Counted from the first letter of the stretch, positions 41,806-52,568 are shown. The stretch: DNA of 64,000 bases from Candidatus Marinacidobacterales bacterium (GCA_965219415.1 CBDCNP010000002.1:1184001-1248000); one strand, 5' to 3'. Translations and numbers: made by a program. The notes: generated by a model from the sequence alone, not told the origin.

Positions 41806-43168
41806 ATGACGAAGGCGAGCCTGGTCCGCCGCATCGGCGTGGTAAGCGCCACCGCCATTGTCGTTTCCAACATGATCGGAACCGGCATCTTCACAACGAC
41901 GGGGTTTCTCGCCAGCGATTTGGGCTCTCCCGGTTTGGTGATTTTCATCTGGGTGGTTGAAGGGGTTATCGCCCTCACCGGAGCCCTGTCCTACGTCGAG
42001 CTCGCTATCAACTTTCCCCGCTCGGGAGGCGAGTACGTCTACCTGTCGGAAGCCTGGGGACCGGCGTGGGGCTTCATCGACGGCTGGGTCAGCTTCTTCG
42101 CGGGCTTTTCCGCCCCCGTCGCCGCGGCGGCACTAGCGATTTCCGCGTATCTGGGTCTTAGTGACGCTGGGCGGGCGCTTCCGCTGGGTCCTCTCACCCT
42201 TCACTTGGCAGATGCTCAGCTCACGGCCTGCGCTATCGTTGCCGTGTTCACCCTGCTGAACGTGCTCGGCGTCCGCGAGGTGGGGAGACTCCAGACGACT
42301 CTCACCATCCTCAAGCTCCTGGTCATTGCTGGTTTCCTAACTCTTGGGTTCACCATAGGTCAGGGTGACACCGCTCACTTCTCGGCGATGGCGGCGCGAA
42401 CCTCGAGCTTGTCGATCTTCGAGCAGTTCGCCACCAGCCTAGTGTTCGTCTACTTCGGCTATAGCGGCTGGAACGCGGCAGTCTATGTGGCCGGGGAGAT
42501 CGAAAAGCCCGAGAAAACGCTACCCATCGCCCTCACCGTCGGTACGCTCTTGGTCACGGCGCTGTACGTGGCGTTGAACGTCCTTTACGTCTACGGTGCG
42601 TCTCTGGAGGAGCTCAAAGGAGTCGTCGCGGTGGGGGCGGAGGTGGCGGGCGCGCTCTTCGGCTCTCAAACGGCACGCCTCTTCAGCCTCGCCATGGCCC
42701 TTTCGCTCCTCGCCACCGTCAACGCGATGTGTTTCGTCGGTCCCCGGGTCTACTATGCGATGGCGCAAGATCGGGCCTTCTTTCCCATCGCGGCACGGAT
42801 TCACCCGAGGTGGAAAAGCCCCTGGGTGGTTGGTTGTGATGCAAGGTGCGTGCACGGTGCTGCTCATCGTTTTTCCGACGTTTCGTGGCCTCGTGATCTA
42901 CATCGGCTTCACTCTCTATTTGTTCACGGCTCTTTCCGTTTTGGGTCTGTTCAAATTTCGGCGGCGTCCGGGCTGGAAACGGTTCTCCTGGCTAGATCGC
43001 ACGTATCCGCTCATCCCGGTGCTCTATGTGGGCATGAGCATCTGGGTTCTCGCGTTCTCCATCAGGAGCGCTCCGGTCCCGTCTGGCATGGCCCTCGCGA
43101 CCGTGCTCGGAGGCGCGCTGGTCTATCACTTCTACATCTTGCCACGCAAGGCAGGACAATCGCCGTAA
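41806..43168 (+). pseudogene. APC-family amino acid permease, frameshift near 42835 (lesion or sequencing error)
   Basis: MIGTGIF, PRSGGEY.YL, YSGWNAA, GPRVYYAMA. The last TMs lie in the 42596-43168 frame. Confidence 0.85.
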
Positions 43169-43179
43169 GGAGGATGAAA

Positions 43180-43854
43180 ATGAGACGTTGCCTCGCTTTG
43201 GTCGTGTTATTTGTGCTGGCTGTCAGCTCGAGTTTTGCTCAGGAAAGAAGCGTCAAGCCGGGGATCAACGCGCGGTGGGAGAAGCCGGACATGGCCGAAG
43301 CGGCTGACCTGCTCGAGCAGGAAACCGACATCTACAAACGCCGGCACGCCATCGTGGCCACTCTCGGCCCGGAATCCGGATCCGACTTTGCCGACGTTGG
43401 AGCGGGAAGCGGGTTCATCGCATGGTTACTCGCGAGCGAGGTTGGCTCCGAGGGGAAGGTATACGCGGTGGACATTTCCCAGGAGAGCCTCGACTACATC
43501 ATGGAAGGAGCTAAGAGGGAGGAGATCAGCAATATCGTGCCGGTGCTCGGAGAGCATCGGACGACGAACCTTCCTAGCGATTCGGTCGACGTCATCGTGA
43601 CCATACGAACCTACCATCATTTCGAGCACCCGATAGATGTGCTCGCATCCATCAAGGCCGCGCTGAGACCCGATGGACGCTTCGTCGTCATCGACCGTGA
43701 GCGCACAAAGGGAGTTTCCGACGAGGAGACCCTCGAGCACCTCCGGGCCGGCAAGGGAACCGTCACCGACGAAATCCTGAACGCCGGCTTCATCCTCGAA
43801 AAGGACATCCCCTTGATCCCGGAGCACTTCTATCTCGTTTTCAGGCACCGCTGA
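43180..43854 (+). CDS. Class I SAM-dependent methyltransferase with a signal peptide
   Basis: AGGAGG RBS; MRRCLALVVLFVLAVSSSFAQ; ADVGAGSG, VYAVDI, TYHHFEHP, LRPDGR. Confidence 0.88.
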   Translation: MRRCLALVVLFVLAVSSSFAQERSVKPGINARWEKPDMAEAADLLEQETDIYKRRHAIVATLGPESGSDFADVGAGSGFIAWLLASEVGSEGKVYAVDISQESLDYIMEGAKREEISNIVPVLGEHRTTNLPSDSVDVIVTIRTYHHFEHPIDVLASIKAALRPDGRFVVIDRERTKGVSDEETLEHLRAGKGTVTDEILNAGFILEKDIPLIPEHFYLVFRHR

Positions 43855-43868
43855 GACCCGCGCGACGG

Positions 43869-43978
43869 CAGACCCCACTTCGAATCCAGAACGAAAGCGG
43901 CAACGAAGCCTTCCCCTGCAACACGCACCGAACAAAGGCCGAACACCCGCGTGTGCGATCGCGGATGGTTTGTTATCC
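43869..43978. repeat. Relic: ~45-bp sulfatase-gene fragment fused to 64-bp repeat copy B
   Basis: 43869-43914 encodes (minus strand) FVAAFVLDSKWGL, as does 40291-40336, mostly with synonymous changes. 43915-43978 matches 40831-40894. Confidence 0.9.
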
Positions 43979-44012
43979 TGGGAGGAGTCTGACAGGCTTC
44001 GAACGAGGTTAT

Positions 44013-45290
44013 TTGCAAAAATCCGCGCCAGCATGGCTGAATGACCGGGACCGCGCCGTCTTGGAGGGAGAGCAAGGAGCCGGAGCTCGGATGGCCATGG
44101 CTATTCTGGTCCGTATGGCAGAGGTCCATGGAGCCGAGGGAATGATGGATATCACCCAGGCCCACATCGATAGCGCCATCTACATCGGTGATGCGGGACT
44201 CGAGTTCGCGGAGCGCTTGGTGCGCCTTGGAGCCAAGGTCGCCGTGCCGACTACCCTCAACGTCAGCGGACTCGATGAACATCAGTGGCGGGAGTGGAAT
44301 GTGCCAACCGATTGGGCAGACAAAGCCCACCGCCAGATGGTCGCCTACCAAGAGATGGGCTGTCAGCCGACTTGGACCTGTGCACCCTATCAGACCCAAG
44401 CAGCGCCCGAGCTGGGTCAACAAATAGCTTGGGGTGAATCGAACGCCATCGCCTTCGCGAACTCGGTTCTCGGAGCCCGCACTGAACGCTACCCCGATTT
44501 CCTGGACATCTGCGCGGCGATCACCGGCCGGGTGCCGACGGTCGGGCTCCACCTAAAGGAAAACCGCGCCGGACAGTTGCTGATGCACCTCGTCGACGTC
44601 CCGCGCCGATTGCAGGAAGACGATTCCTTTTACGCGGTACTAGGGCATCTCATCGGCGAAATCGCCGATGACCGGGTTCCGGTGGTCGAAGGTATCGAAG
44701 TCACGCCGAGCGAAGACCAGCTCAAGGCACTCGGCGCCGCAGCATCCTCCTCGGGGACGGTGGCTTTGTTCCACATCGTCGGCGTCACGCCGGAGGCGCC
44801 TACCCTCGAAGCTGCGTTTCAAGGCAAAGACCCAGAGGAGGTCATCGAGATCACTCCCCCCCGTCTTCGCGCAACCTGGGAGCAGCTGACTACAGCCAAG
44901 GGACAAAAGTTGGACATGATCGTGCTCGGTAGTCCTCACTTCTCCTTCGCCGAGTTCGAGCGGCTAGCACCTCTTGTCGAAGGCCGGCGGCGTCACCCCG
45001 ATGTGGAGTTTCTCGTCACGTCCAGCCGAACCATGCGAAGTCTTGCGAAAGAACATGGAGCTCTCCAAGCGCTCGAAGACTTCGGCGGTCGTGTAACCGT
45101 CGACACCTGCATCCTAGCCACGCCGATGCTTCCTGACTCTGTTAGAGTCTTGATGACCAATTCCGCGAAGTACGCTTACTACGCCCCAGGAATGCTGGAC
45201 ACGCAGGTGGTCTTCGGAAACCTCTTGGATTGCGTGCAATCCGCCGTCGCCGGCCGTGTGGTGAGAGACGAGTCGCTATGGAAAGAGTGA
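44013..45290 (+). CDS. acnX: Aconitase X catalytic subunit (DUF521; cis-3-hydroxy-L-proline dehydratase-like)
   Basis: QAHIDS, PTTLN, TWTCAPYQ, AWGESNA..FANSVLGART, LFHIVGVTPEA, LGSPH, DTC, TNSAKYA.Y. Likely TTG start at 44013 after GAGGT. Confidence 0.88.
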   Translation: MQKSAPAWLNDRDRAVLEGEQGAGARMAMAILVRMAEVHGAEGMMDITQAHIDSAIYIGDAGLEFAERLVRLGAKVAVPTTLNVSGLDEHQWREWNVPTDWADKAHRQMVAYQEMGCQPTWTCAPYQTQAAPELGQQIAWGESNAIAFANSVLGARTERYPDFLDICAAITGRVPTVGLHLKENRAGQLLMHLVDVPRRLQEDDSFYAVLGHLIGEIADDRVPVVEGIEVTPSEDQLKALGAAASSSGTVALFHIVGVTPEAPTLEAAFQGKDPEEVIEITPPRLRATWEQLTTAKGQKLDMIVLGSPHFSFAEFERLAPLVEGRRRHPDVEFLVTSSRTMRSLAKEHGALQALEDFGGRVTVDTCILATPMLPDSVRVLMTNSAKYAYYAPGMLDTQVVFGNLLDCVQSAVAGRVVRDESLWKE

Positions 45291-45703
45291 TCCACGCCAG
45301 GCCGCTGGTCGCCGGAACGGCCACCGGCGAGGCGCTGGTCAGCTCCGAGCCCCTGAGCTTTTGGGGCGGATACGATCATCGCGATGGCTCCATCATCGAC
45401 CGACGTCACCCATTGAACGGCAAGATCGCGGCAGGCAAGATCCTCGGAATTCCCTTCACTCGCGGCTCGAGCACCACCACCGCGGTTCTAGTAGAATCGG
45501 TCAAGGTGGATACCGCTCCTGCGGCGATCATATGTAATCGTATCGAGGCGTTTTTGTCTCTGGCCGCCATTGTGGCGGAGGAGTTGTACGGCAAACGAGT
45601 TCCCATCATTCTCACCAAGCCCGAGGAGTTCGATAGTTTGAAGACGGGTCAGCGAATCGCCATACGCGGCGACGGAAGTATCCTCATCGCGGACACCCAA
45701 TAG
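45278..45703 (+). CDS. Aconitase X swivel subunit (DUF126)
   Basis: GEALVS.EPLSFWGG.D..G.IID..HPL.G, RGSST, PAAI. Confidence 0.88.
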   Translation: MERVIHARPLVAGTATGEALVSSEPLSFWGGYDHRDGSIIDRRHPLNGKIAAGKILGIPFTRGSSTTTAVLVESVKVDTAPAAIICNRIEAFLSLAAIVAEELYGKRVPIILTKPEEFDSLKTGQRIAIRGDGSILIADTQ

Positions 45704-45720
45704 CTACCCAAAGGAGAGAC

Positions 45721-46755
45721 ATGAAGATAGAACACGTTTTGCTCTTGGTCGTGGTAAGCCTGACTGGCTGCGGTCAAGGCCAACCCGCCCCCGCGGCCCA
45801 GGCCTCCGAAACGCCGGACATCCTGGCCACCATCGATGGTTCCCCGGTGACTCGGGCGGACCTCGAGGAGCGCGTCGGGGACCGACTGAGCGGCATGGCG
45901 GCACAGTACCAGGGTCAGCGTTATCAGCTCATCGAGTCCACCGTCGAGGAAATCGTCTCTGGCCGTTTGCTGGAGGACGAAGCAAAAAAACGGTGGGTAA
46001 CCCCGAAGGATCTCTTCACCGCAGAGGTCCAGCCCAATGCACAAGTAAGCGCGGACGATGTGAGCGCGTGGTACCAGGAGAACGCGGCGCGGCTGGGCGG
46101 GAGGCCCTTGCAGGATGTGTCTCCTCAAATCCACAAGTTTCTCACCGACCAAAGGGTGGCCCGGGCGCAAGACGAGTTCGTGCGGAAGCTGGCGGAGCAA
46201 CGAAACGTTGAGTATTTGCTGGAACCCTATCGTGTGAATCTGGACAGTGGTGGGTTCCCAAGTATGGGCCCCAGCGACGCACCCATTACGCTCGTTGAAT
46301 TCTCGGACTTCGAATGTCCCTTCTGCAGCCAGTTCGTGGCAACCCTCGAAGAGGTCAAGAAGAAATACGGCGACCAGGTGCGGCTCGTCTTCCGCCAATT
46401 TCCTTTGAGCATCCACGCCAACGCCCCAAAGGCCGCGGAGGCCTCACTGTGCGCAGGGGATCAGGACAAGTTCTGGCCGATGCACGATCTGTTGTTCCAA
46501 GAGCAATCCCGGCTCGACCTCCCGGCACTCAAGGACAAGGCGAGTCGCCTGGGGCTCGATCGCAGCGAGTTCGACCACTGCCTCGATTCGGGAAAACACT
46601 CCGAGCAAGTGCAAAAGGATATGCGGGCCGGCGGCACGGTTGGGGTCACGGGAACACCGGCCCTTTTCGTCAACGGGATTCCCGCTCCGAGCGGAGCACT
46701 TCCCTATGAAGCGGTCTCTGCCTTTATCGAAGACGAGCTGCGACGGCTAGAATGA
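45721..46755 (+). CDS. DsbA/thioredoxin-fold lipoprotein
   Basis: LTGC lipobox; EFSDFECPFC, FRQFPL.IH, GVTGTP. Confidence 0.9.
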   Translation: MKIEHVLLLVVVSLTGCGQGQPAPAAQASETPDILATIDGSPVTRADLEERVGDRLSGMAAQYQGQRYQLIESTVEEIVSGRLLEDEAKKRWVTPKDLFTAEVQPNAQVSADDVSAWYQENAARLGGRPLQDVSPQIHKFLTDQRVARAQDEFVRKLAEQRNVEYLLEPYRVNLDSGGFPSMGPSDAPITLVEFSDFECPFCSQFVATLEEVKKKYGDQVRLVFRQFPLSIHANAPKAAEASLCAGDQDKFWPMHDLLFQEQSRLDLPALKDKASRLGLDRSEFDHCLDSGKHSEQVQKDMRAGGTVGVTGTPALFVNGIPAPSGALPYEAVSAFIEDELRRLE

Positions 46756-46782
46756 TTCTCCACGAAATCAAGGAGTATACCC

Positions 46783-47130
46783 ATGGAATGCTTTCAACTA
46801 CTCGAGAATTTGGATTTCCGCGAAGGTAGTGAACACGCGGAGGCGCGGGCGATCTACGCCGATAACGAGAGCAGGACTCTACGCTTTGCGTTGACCAAAG
46901 GACAGAAGATCAAACCCCACCGCGCACACTCTCCCGTCCATGTGGTGGTGTTGAAGGGAGAGGGGGTCTTCACCGGTCAGGACGGTGAGGAAAAAAGTGC
47001 CGGCCCCAACAGCATGTTGATCTTCGGAAGGGGCGAAGAGCATTCGGTTCGCGCGGTATCGGACGAGCTCGTCTTCGTGGCCGTTTTGCACGGCGCGCCC
47101 GGCGCTCATCACGAGCCGGTTGCCGGATAG
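46783..47130 (+). CDS. Cupin-domain protein
   Basis: AAGGAG RBS; PHRAH...VLKGEG, EEHSVRA. Confidence 0.75.
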   Translation: MECFQLLENLDFREGSEHAEARAIYADNESRTLRFALTKGQKIKPHRAHSPVHVVVLKGEGVFTGQDGEEKSAGPNSMLIFGRGEEHSVRAVSDELVFVAVLHGAPGAHHEPVAG

Positions 47131-47154
47131 AGAGACTTCTACCGCGGACGGGAC

Positions 47155-50100
47155 GTGATGAGCCACTTCACTCCGACAGAAAGAACCCGGAAACTCGAAC
47201 AGATTCTAAGCCGACTCAGGGATCGCGATCAGGACACCAACTGGGACCTGCTCGACTCCTTTTCTCGCGTGGTCTATGCGGCCCTTCCCGACTGGATGGC
47301 CCAGAATATAGCCGCTCCGGAGCTCGCCGATCGGCTACTCGACAACTACCGGTTCTTCGTCGAGCAGCTTCCCCCCCCGAATCAGCTCTATCGGGGCGTG
47401 CCAGGACTCCATGTTGTGGCACGAAGCTCGGGCGAAAATGAAGTCTTACACACCGTCCGTCGCATCTGCGATCTACCATCTCGAACCCATCGATTATCTC
47501 GTGGTCCGACACTGGGATCAAAACGGCCGGCTGGAGAAGTCCACTCTCATTCTTGGTCGCTTTTCTCAGGGATCGTTTGCCCAGCGAGCCACTCACGTGC
47601 CGATTCTCCGACAGAAGCAAGCGCAGATCATGGAGCAGAGCCGCGCGATGCCCATGTCCAATGCCTTCCGTCAAATCCGCGCGCTTTTCAATCGACTACC
47701 GCGTCGCGAGCTTTTCTATGCTCCCGTCGAAGAGCTCCAGCCGTTTCTGAATCGTATCATCCAGATCACAGGTGATGATGAAATCGCGGTTCACCATCGC
47801 ATCGGTGCGGGTTATGTCGCGCTTTACCTCGCGTTCTCGAAGCAGCGTTACTCTTACGAGCTCGAAGAGAATCTGCGGCGCACACTGAGCCAGAGCTTCG
47901 GACCCATTACGTTCGCCACGTCCCAAGACACCGAATCTGCACAAGTCGTGTTCTTCTATTTTGATCTGCACCGAATGGACCGAGCTCTCGATGAAGATGA
48001 AATCCTCAAGATCACCGAGCGGTTGCTCACCACCTGGCCGGAGGCCGTTTCCCGACGCCTCACCGAAGCCTTCGGAGAAAGGCAGGGACGCCGGCTTCTG
48101 CAACGCTGGGTGACCCGCGAAACGCGCAGTGGCCTCTATCGTGAGGCTACGCCACCGCAGGAAGTCCCCTTCGACTTGGAGCACCTGGACGCCCTCGAGG
48201 GGAGGCTCGAGGTCGCTGTCGTTCCTCGCAGCCCGGAGCACGCCACGCTCAAGGTTTATGCTCTGAAACCCTTGGGGTTTATCGAGATCCTCACCACGCT
48301 CGGCAACCTGGGACTGAAGGTCACTGGCGAGCTCCACATTCCCATCCAGCGGCCTGAAGGACAGACCGCCCACCTGTACCGATACGAAATCGTGGACGAT
48401 GCCAAGGGCATCCAAGCACTGATCGAGGGATGCGATCGCGTCACAGATGCCGTGCGGGCTCTGGACGAGGAGCGCGCCAGCGACGGGTCGCTCAACGTTC
48501 TCGTCTTGCGTGCAGAACTCAACTGGCGCCAAGTCGAAGTGCTGCGCACTTATAGAAACCATCTGCAGCAGATACGGCCGCACTACAACGTCGAGACCGT
48601 AAACGGCGTCCTTCTTCGCAACGCGGACGTGGCGCGGGCCTTGTTTCATGTTTTCGAAGCCCGCTTCGACCCCCAGATTGAAGGCGGGCGGACCAAGGTC
48701 ACCGAACGGGCCGAGGCAGAGCTCCAGACGGCCCTCGATGCCGTGCGGAGTCTCGTTGAGGACGAGGTTCTCCGCGCACTCGGAAGCCTTATCTCGGCAA
48801 CCGTTCGAACCAACTTCTACCAGAGCCCCGAGCGTCCGGTCGTGAGCATCAAGGTGGACAGCCACAAAGTAGAAGGAATGCCCTCCCCTAAGCCCAGGCA
48901 CGAGATTTACGTTCACTCCCGGCGACTCGAAGGGATCCATCTCCGCGGCGGGCGAATTGCCCGGGGTGGCATTCGATGGAGCGATCGGCACGATGACTTC
49001 CGTACCGAGGTCTTGGGCCTCATGAAGACCCAGATGGTGAAGAACTCGATCATCGTACCTGTAGGCTCGAAGGGTGGATTCGTCCTCAAGGGGTCACTCC
49101 CGCCCCGCCCCGGCCTCGACGGCTACCTCGCTGAGCGTTACCGAGAGTTTATCTCCGGGCTCCTCGACGTAACGGACAACGCGGTTGACAACGAAATGTG
49201 TCATCCGCCCGACGTCGTCCGACATGATGACGACGACCCGTACTTGGTCGTCGCCGCCGACAAGGGCACGGCGCATCTATCCGATACGGCCAACGCGGTG
49301 GCCAAGCACTACGGCTTCTGGTTGGGAGACGCCTTCGCATCGGGAGGAAGTATCGGCTACGACCACAAGAAAGTTGCCATCACCGCACGGGGTGTGTGGG
49401 AGTGCATCAAGCATCACTTCGCCAACCTCGGGGTCGACGTCAACAAAGACTCCTTCACCGCTGCCGCGATAGGGGACATGGCCTGTGATGTCTTCGGCAA
49501 CAGCATGCTCTTATCTCGAACCATCAAGCTGGTCGCCGCCTTAAATCATATGCACATCTTCATCGATCCCAATCCGGACCCCGACCAGAGTCATGCTGAG
49601 CGAAAGCGGCTGTTTCGATTGCCGCGTTCGAGCTGGCGCGATTACAACTCCTCCCTCATCAGTCCCGGGGGTGGTGTGTTCGATCGGTCTGATAAGAGCA
49701 TTCCGGTGAGTCCCGAGATGAAGTCACTCCTCGGGATCTCGCAAGACCGGATGAGCGGCGAGCAGATGATCCGTAGCATACTGAAGTCGCGCGTCGATCT
49801 CCTGTACAACGGTGGTATCGGAACCTATGTCAAGGCCTCGAGTGAAGACAACATCAGTGTGGGGGACCGCACGAACGACCGCCTCCGTGTCGACGGCGGC
49901 GACATTCGCGCCCGGGTGGTCGGTGAGGGCGGAAATTTAGGCTTTACTCAAAAGGCTCGGCTCGAGTACTGGGCGAAAAGGGGGGGGCTCATCAACACCG
50001 ACGCCGTTGACAATTCCGGCGGAGTCGACATGTCCGATCACGAAGTGAACATGAAGATCCTGATGGACATGCTAGTTAAGAAGGGTTCTGCTATCGGCTG

Positions 50101-50843
50101 CCCCTAGAGCTCTAGAGACTCAGCTTCTTTTGCAGCTCCTGAACGACGGGGGCTGGATTCTGCCCCTCGAGAGCAGCCCTGGTCCCTTGCTCCATGATGT
50201 CTTCGAGCTGCAGAAGGGCCACGTGGGCTTTGGTTGCGTCCATCGTTGCATCGAGAATTCCCTGCCGAGTTTCTTGCGCCCTCGATTGAAGCGAGACGTT
50301 CATGTAAGCCTTCAACACGTCTCCGATCCCGGCTCCAGTCTGTCTCATCATGCGCGACAGGAAATCGACGCCGGCGCAGTTGACAAGATGATTGACTGCG
50401 GCGGTGCTGATGATCTCACGGCGCAGTGGATGCTCGGTGAAGTGCTCCCCGAAGGCCTCCCGCAAGGGGGCAGGGAAGTAACCTTCCAGGAACGGCGCCC
50501 CCTCCGGGCTATCGGGGAAATCGGTCTCCACGATCTGTCTGTAGGCCCAGATCTTGACGTGGCCAAGCACGAGCGCAAGTAGTGGTCGCGGCAGACCGCG
50601 ATGCCTCTGCGCACTGTCGAGGAGTTGTCTCCGTCGCGGCACAGCATCGTCCTGGCGGTTGAGAATACCGGCGGCGACGAGCTCTTCGATGAGTGCCGCG
50701 AAATCTTTATACCGGGCGGCGCTGCGTATTCCGTCGAGAGTCAGAGTGAGTGCCTGTCGAGCGTTATCGATCAGGACCAGCCTTGCCACGTCCTCTGTCA
50801 TCTCCAAAAACATGCGATTCCGCTCGGCCCGATTTTCGATGAC
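47155..50843 (+). pseudogene. gdhB: Large NAD-glutamate dehydrogenase, internally deleted near 47435, with its 3' end inverted
   Basis: ARGGIRWSDR.DDFRTEVLGLMKTQMVKN..IVP.GSKGGF, DPYLVVAADKGTA, GYDHK, NTDAVDNSGGVD.SDHEVN.KI. The + frame breaks at MLVKKG (50086). The continuation VIENRAERN...QKKLSL* is on the minus strand at 50843-50112. Confidence 0.9.
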
Positions 50844-50844
50844 A

Positions 50845-51057
50845 AGAAAGGCCAGCGCGGTCACATTGAACGCCCCATCCCCAACCCGTAGGTCTCCGCC
50901 GGCGTGCCCACCACAAAAGGAACGGCGGCGCTCGCCACCCTCCGATGCTATAGGTCAGCCCCTGCGCCGTTGCCCGAATGCGGGTCGGAAAGAGCTCGGC
51001 GCTGATCACACCGAAACCCGAAAAGTAGGGGGTGCCAAAAACCAACCAAGAAAAGCC
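50845..51057 (-). repeat. Decayed duplicate of the 3' part of the MFS gene (52627-52837)
   Basis: Roughly 90% identical by manual alignment; encodes YFSGFGVISAELFPTRIRATAQGLTY, with small indels. Confidence 0.92.
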
Positions 51058-51078
51058 GTTGCCTTCGTCATTAAATCG

Positions 51079-51187
51079 TTCTATAATCATTCCATAAATA
51101 CGGTACTTTATGAGATTTATTTTATTTAACTTATTTATTTATAGATATTTGTATAATTTAGTCACTTTCTACAATCATTCTATAAAT
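51079..51187 (+). promoter_or_regulatory. AT-rich yjjJ promoter with two 21-bp direct repeats
   Basis: TTCTATAATCATTCCATAAAT (51079-51099) and TTCTACAATCATTCTATAAAT (51167-51187); TATAAT at 51152-51157. Confidence 0.7.
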
Positions 51188-52473
51188 GAGTGTCCTCACC
51201 GAACAGCTTGAGCGCGGAGTCGTCCCGGCGGGTCGCCTAACCGACGCCCTTGGAATTTCGCCGCAAGCATTGATGAGCCGTGTCCGCGCCGAGGGCGACA
51301 GGATCGTCCGCATCGGCCGGGGACGTGCCACCCGCTACGGATTACGGCGTGAGGTCTCTGGGCTCGCGCGCTCTGACGTTCCACTTTTCCGGATCGACGG
51401 CACGGGTAACCCGGATCCAGTGGGCCGGCTTCTTGTTCTGGCCCGCCACGAAACAGCGTGGTTGCCATCCGGAGCGGTCTTTGTGGGGCTCCCACCAGAA
51501 GTTGCCGATATGCAGCCCTCGGGGTTCATGGGTCGCGCTTTTGCGAGCCAGCATCCGGACCTGCGCGTTCCGCCGCGCATTAGCGATTGGTCGGATGATC
51601 ACACCCTGGTCGCCTTGGCTCGTCGCGGTGAAGACTTCCCCGGCAACCTAATCCTTGGCGACGAATCCATCGAGCGATGGTCTTCTAGCCCACCTTCGGC
51701 GGTCACCCGGAATGATTACCCCGACCTCGCTGAGGCGGCTACGGCAGGAGACCCGCCCGGCTCCTCGGCCGGTGGCGAAAGACCGAAGTTCGGTGCCTAT
51801 ACGGATGGTCGGCATTACTTGGTCAAGTTCACCGCCCAGGGGGATTCCGGGACTGCGCTGCGTTGGCTGGATCTACTGAGCTTAGAGGCACTCGCGCTCG
51901 AGGTTTTGCGGGATGGCGGTGTAGCGGCTGCGAGCCCGCAGCTCATAGAGACGGGCACCTATCGGTTCTTGGAAGTCCAGCGTTTCGACCGAATCGGTGA
52001 GCGAGGCAGGCGCGCCATGATGACCCTTGCGGCCGCGCACGACGATTTGACCGACACCTGGGCGCGCGCCGCCACTAGACTCGCTGGAGTTCGATTAGCT
52101 TTCAACGGAGGATGCGAGGCGCCTACAGCTTTATGAAGCCTTCGCGCGATTGATCGCCAACGAAGACCGCCATCACTACAACGTGGCGCTGTTTCCGGAG
52201 CATTCGGGCGCGGGTGAGACCATGACCGTTGAGCCGAGGCGCTACACGCTCGCACCGGCCATCGACCAATTGCCTACGCTCTATGCACCTACAAGCGACG
52301 GGCAACTACCGGACCGCGAATTCGTGCGCCCAACGCCCAGCGCCGACACTTGGGACGTCTGGAATCAAGCGTGCACCCTCGCCGTCACATTCTGGCAAAG
52401 GGCTCGCGAGATCGACAGCCTCTCCGATTCTATGAGAGAGATCGCCGTTAGCAACCTAGAGGCGCTCTCTTAG
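51186..52473 (+). pseudogene. yjjJ: YjjJ/HipA-family kinase toxin with N-terminal wHTH, frameshift near 52099
   Basis: LGISPQ.L.S, G.GRATRYGLRR, DMQPSGFMGRAFA, GSSAGGERPKF, LVKF, RFDR.G..GR. In the next frame: FARLIANEDRH..N, LAPA.D.LP. Confidence 0.85.
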
Positions 52474-52568
52474 CGACATACTGTAGCGCCGACCACCATG
52501 AGACGGTCGCCGGCTAGTCGAACACTTCTAGAACACTCCGACGTGACGCCACGCAGCCGCGAAGAGTA

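Noticed and set aside
41806-43854. Permease-methyltransferase fusion (682-aa ORF)
   Set aside because: Artefact of the frameshift near 42835. The permease ends at 43168 and the methyltransferase has its own RBS and signal peptide.
50087-50843. Phase-variable invertible switch in gdh
   Set aside because: Only 1-4 nt of inverted homology, no recombinase, and the gene is also deleted near its 5' end.
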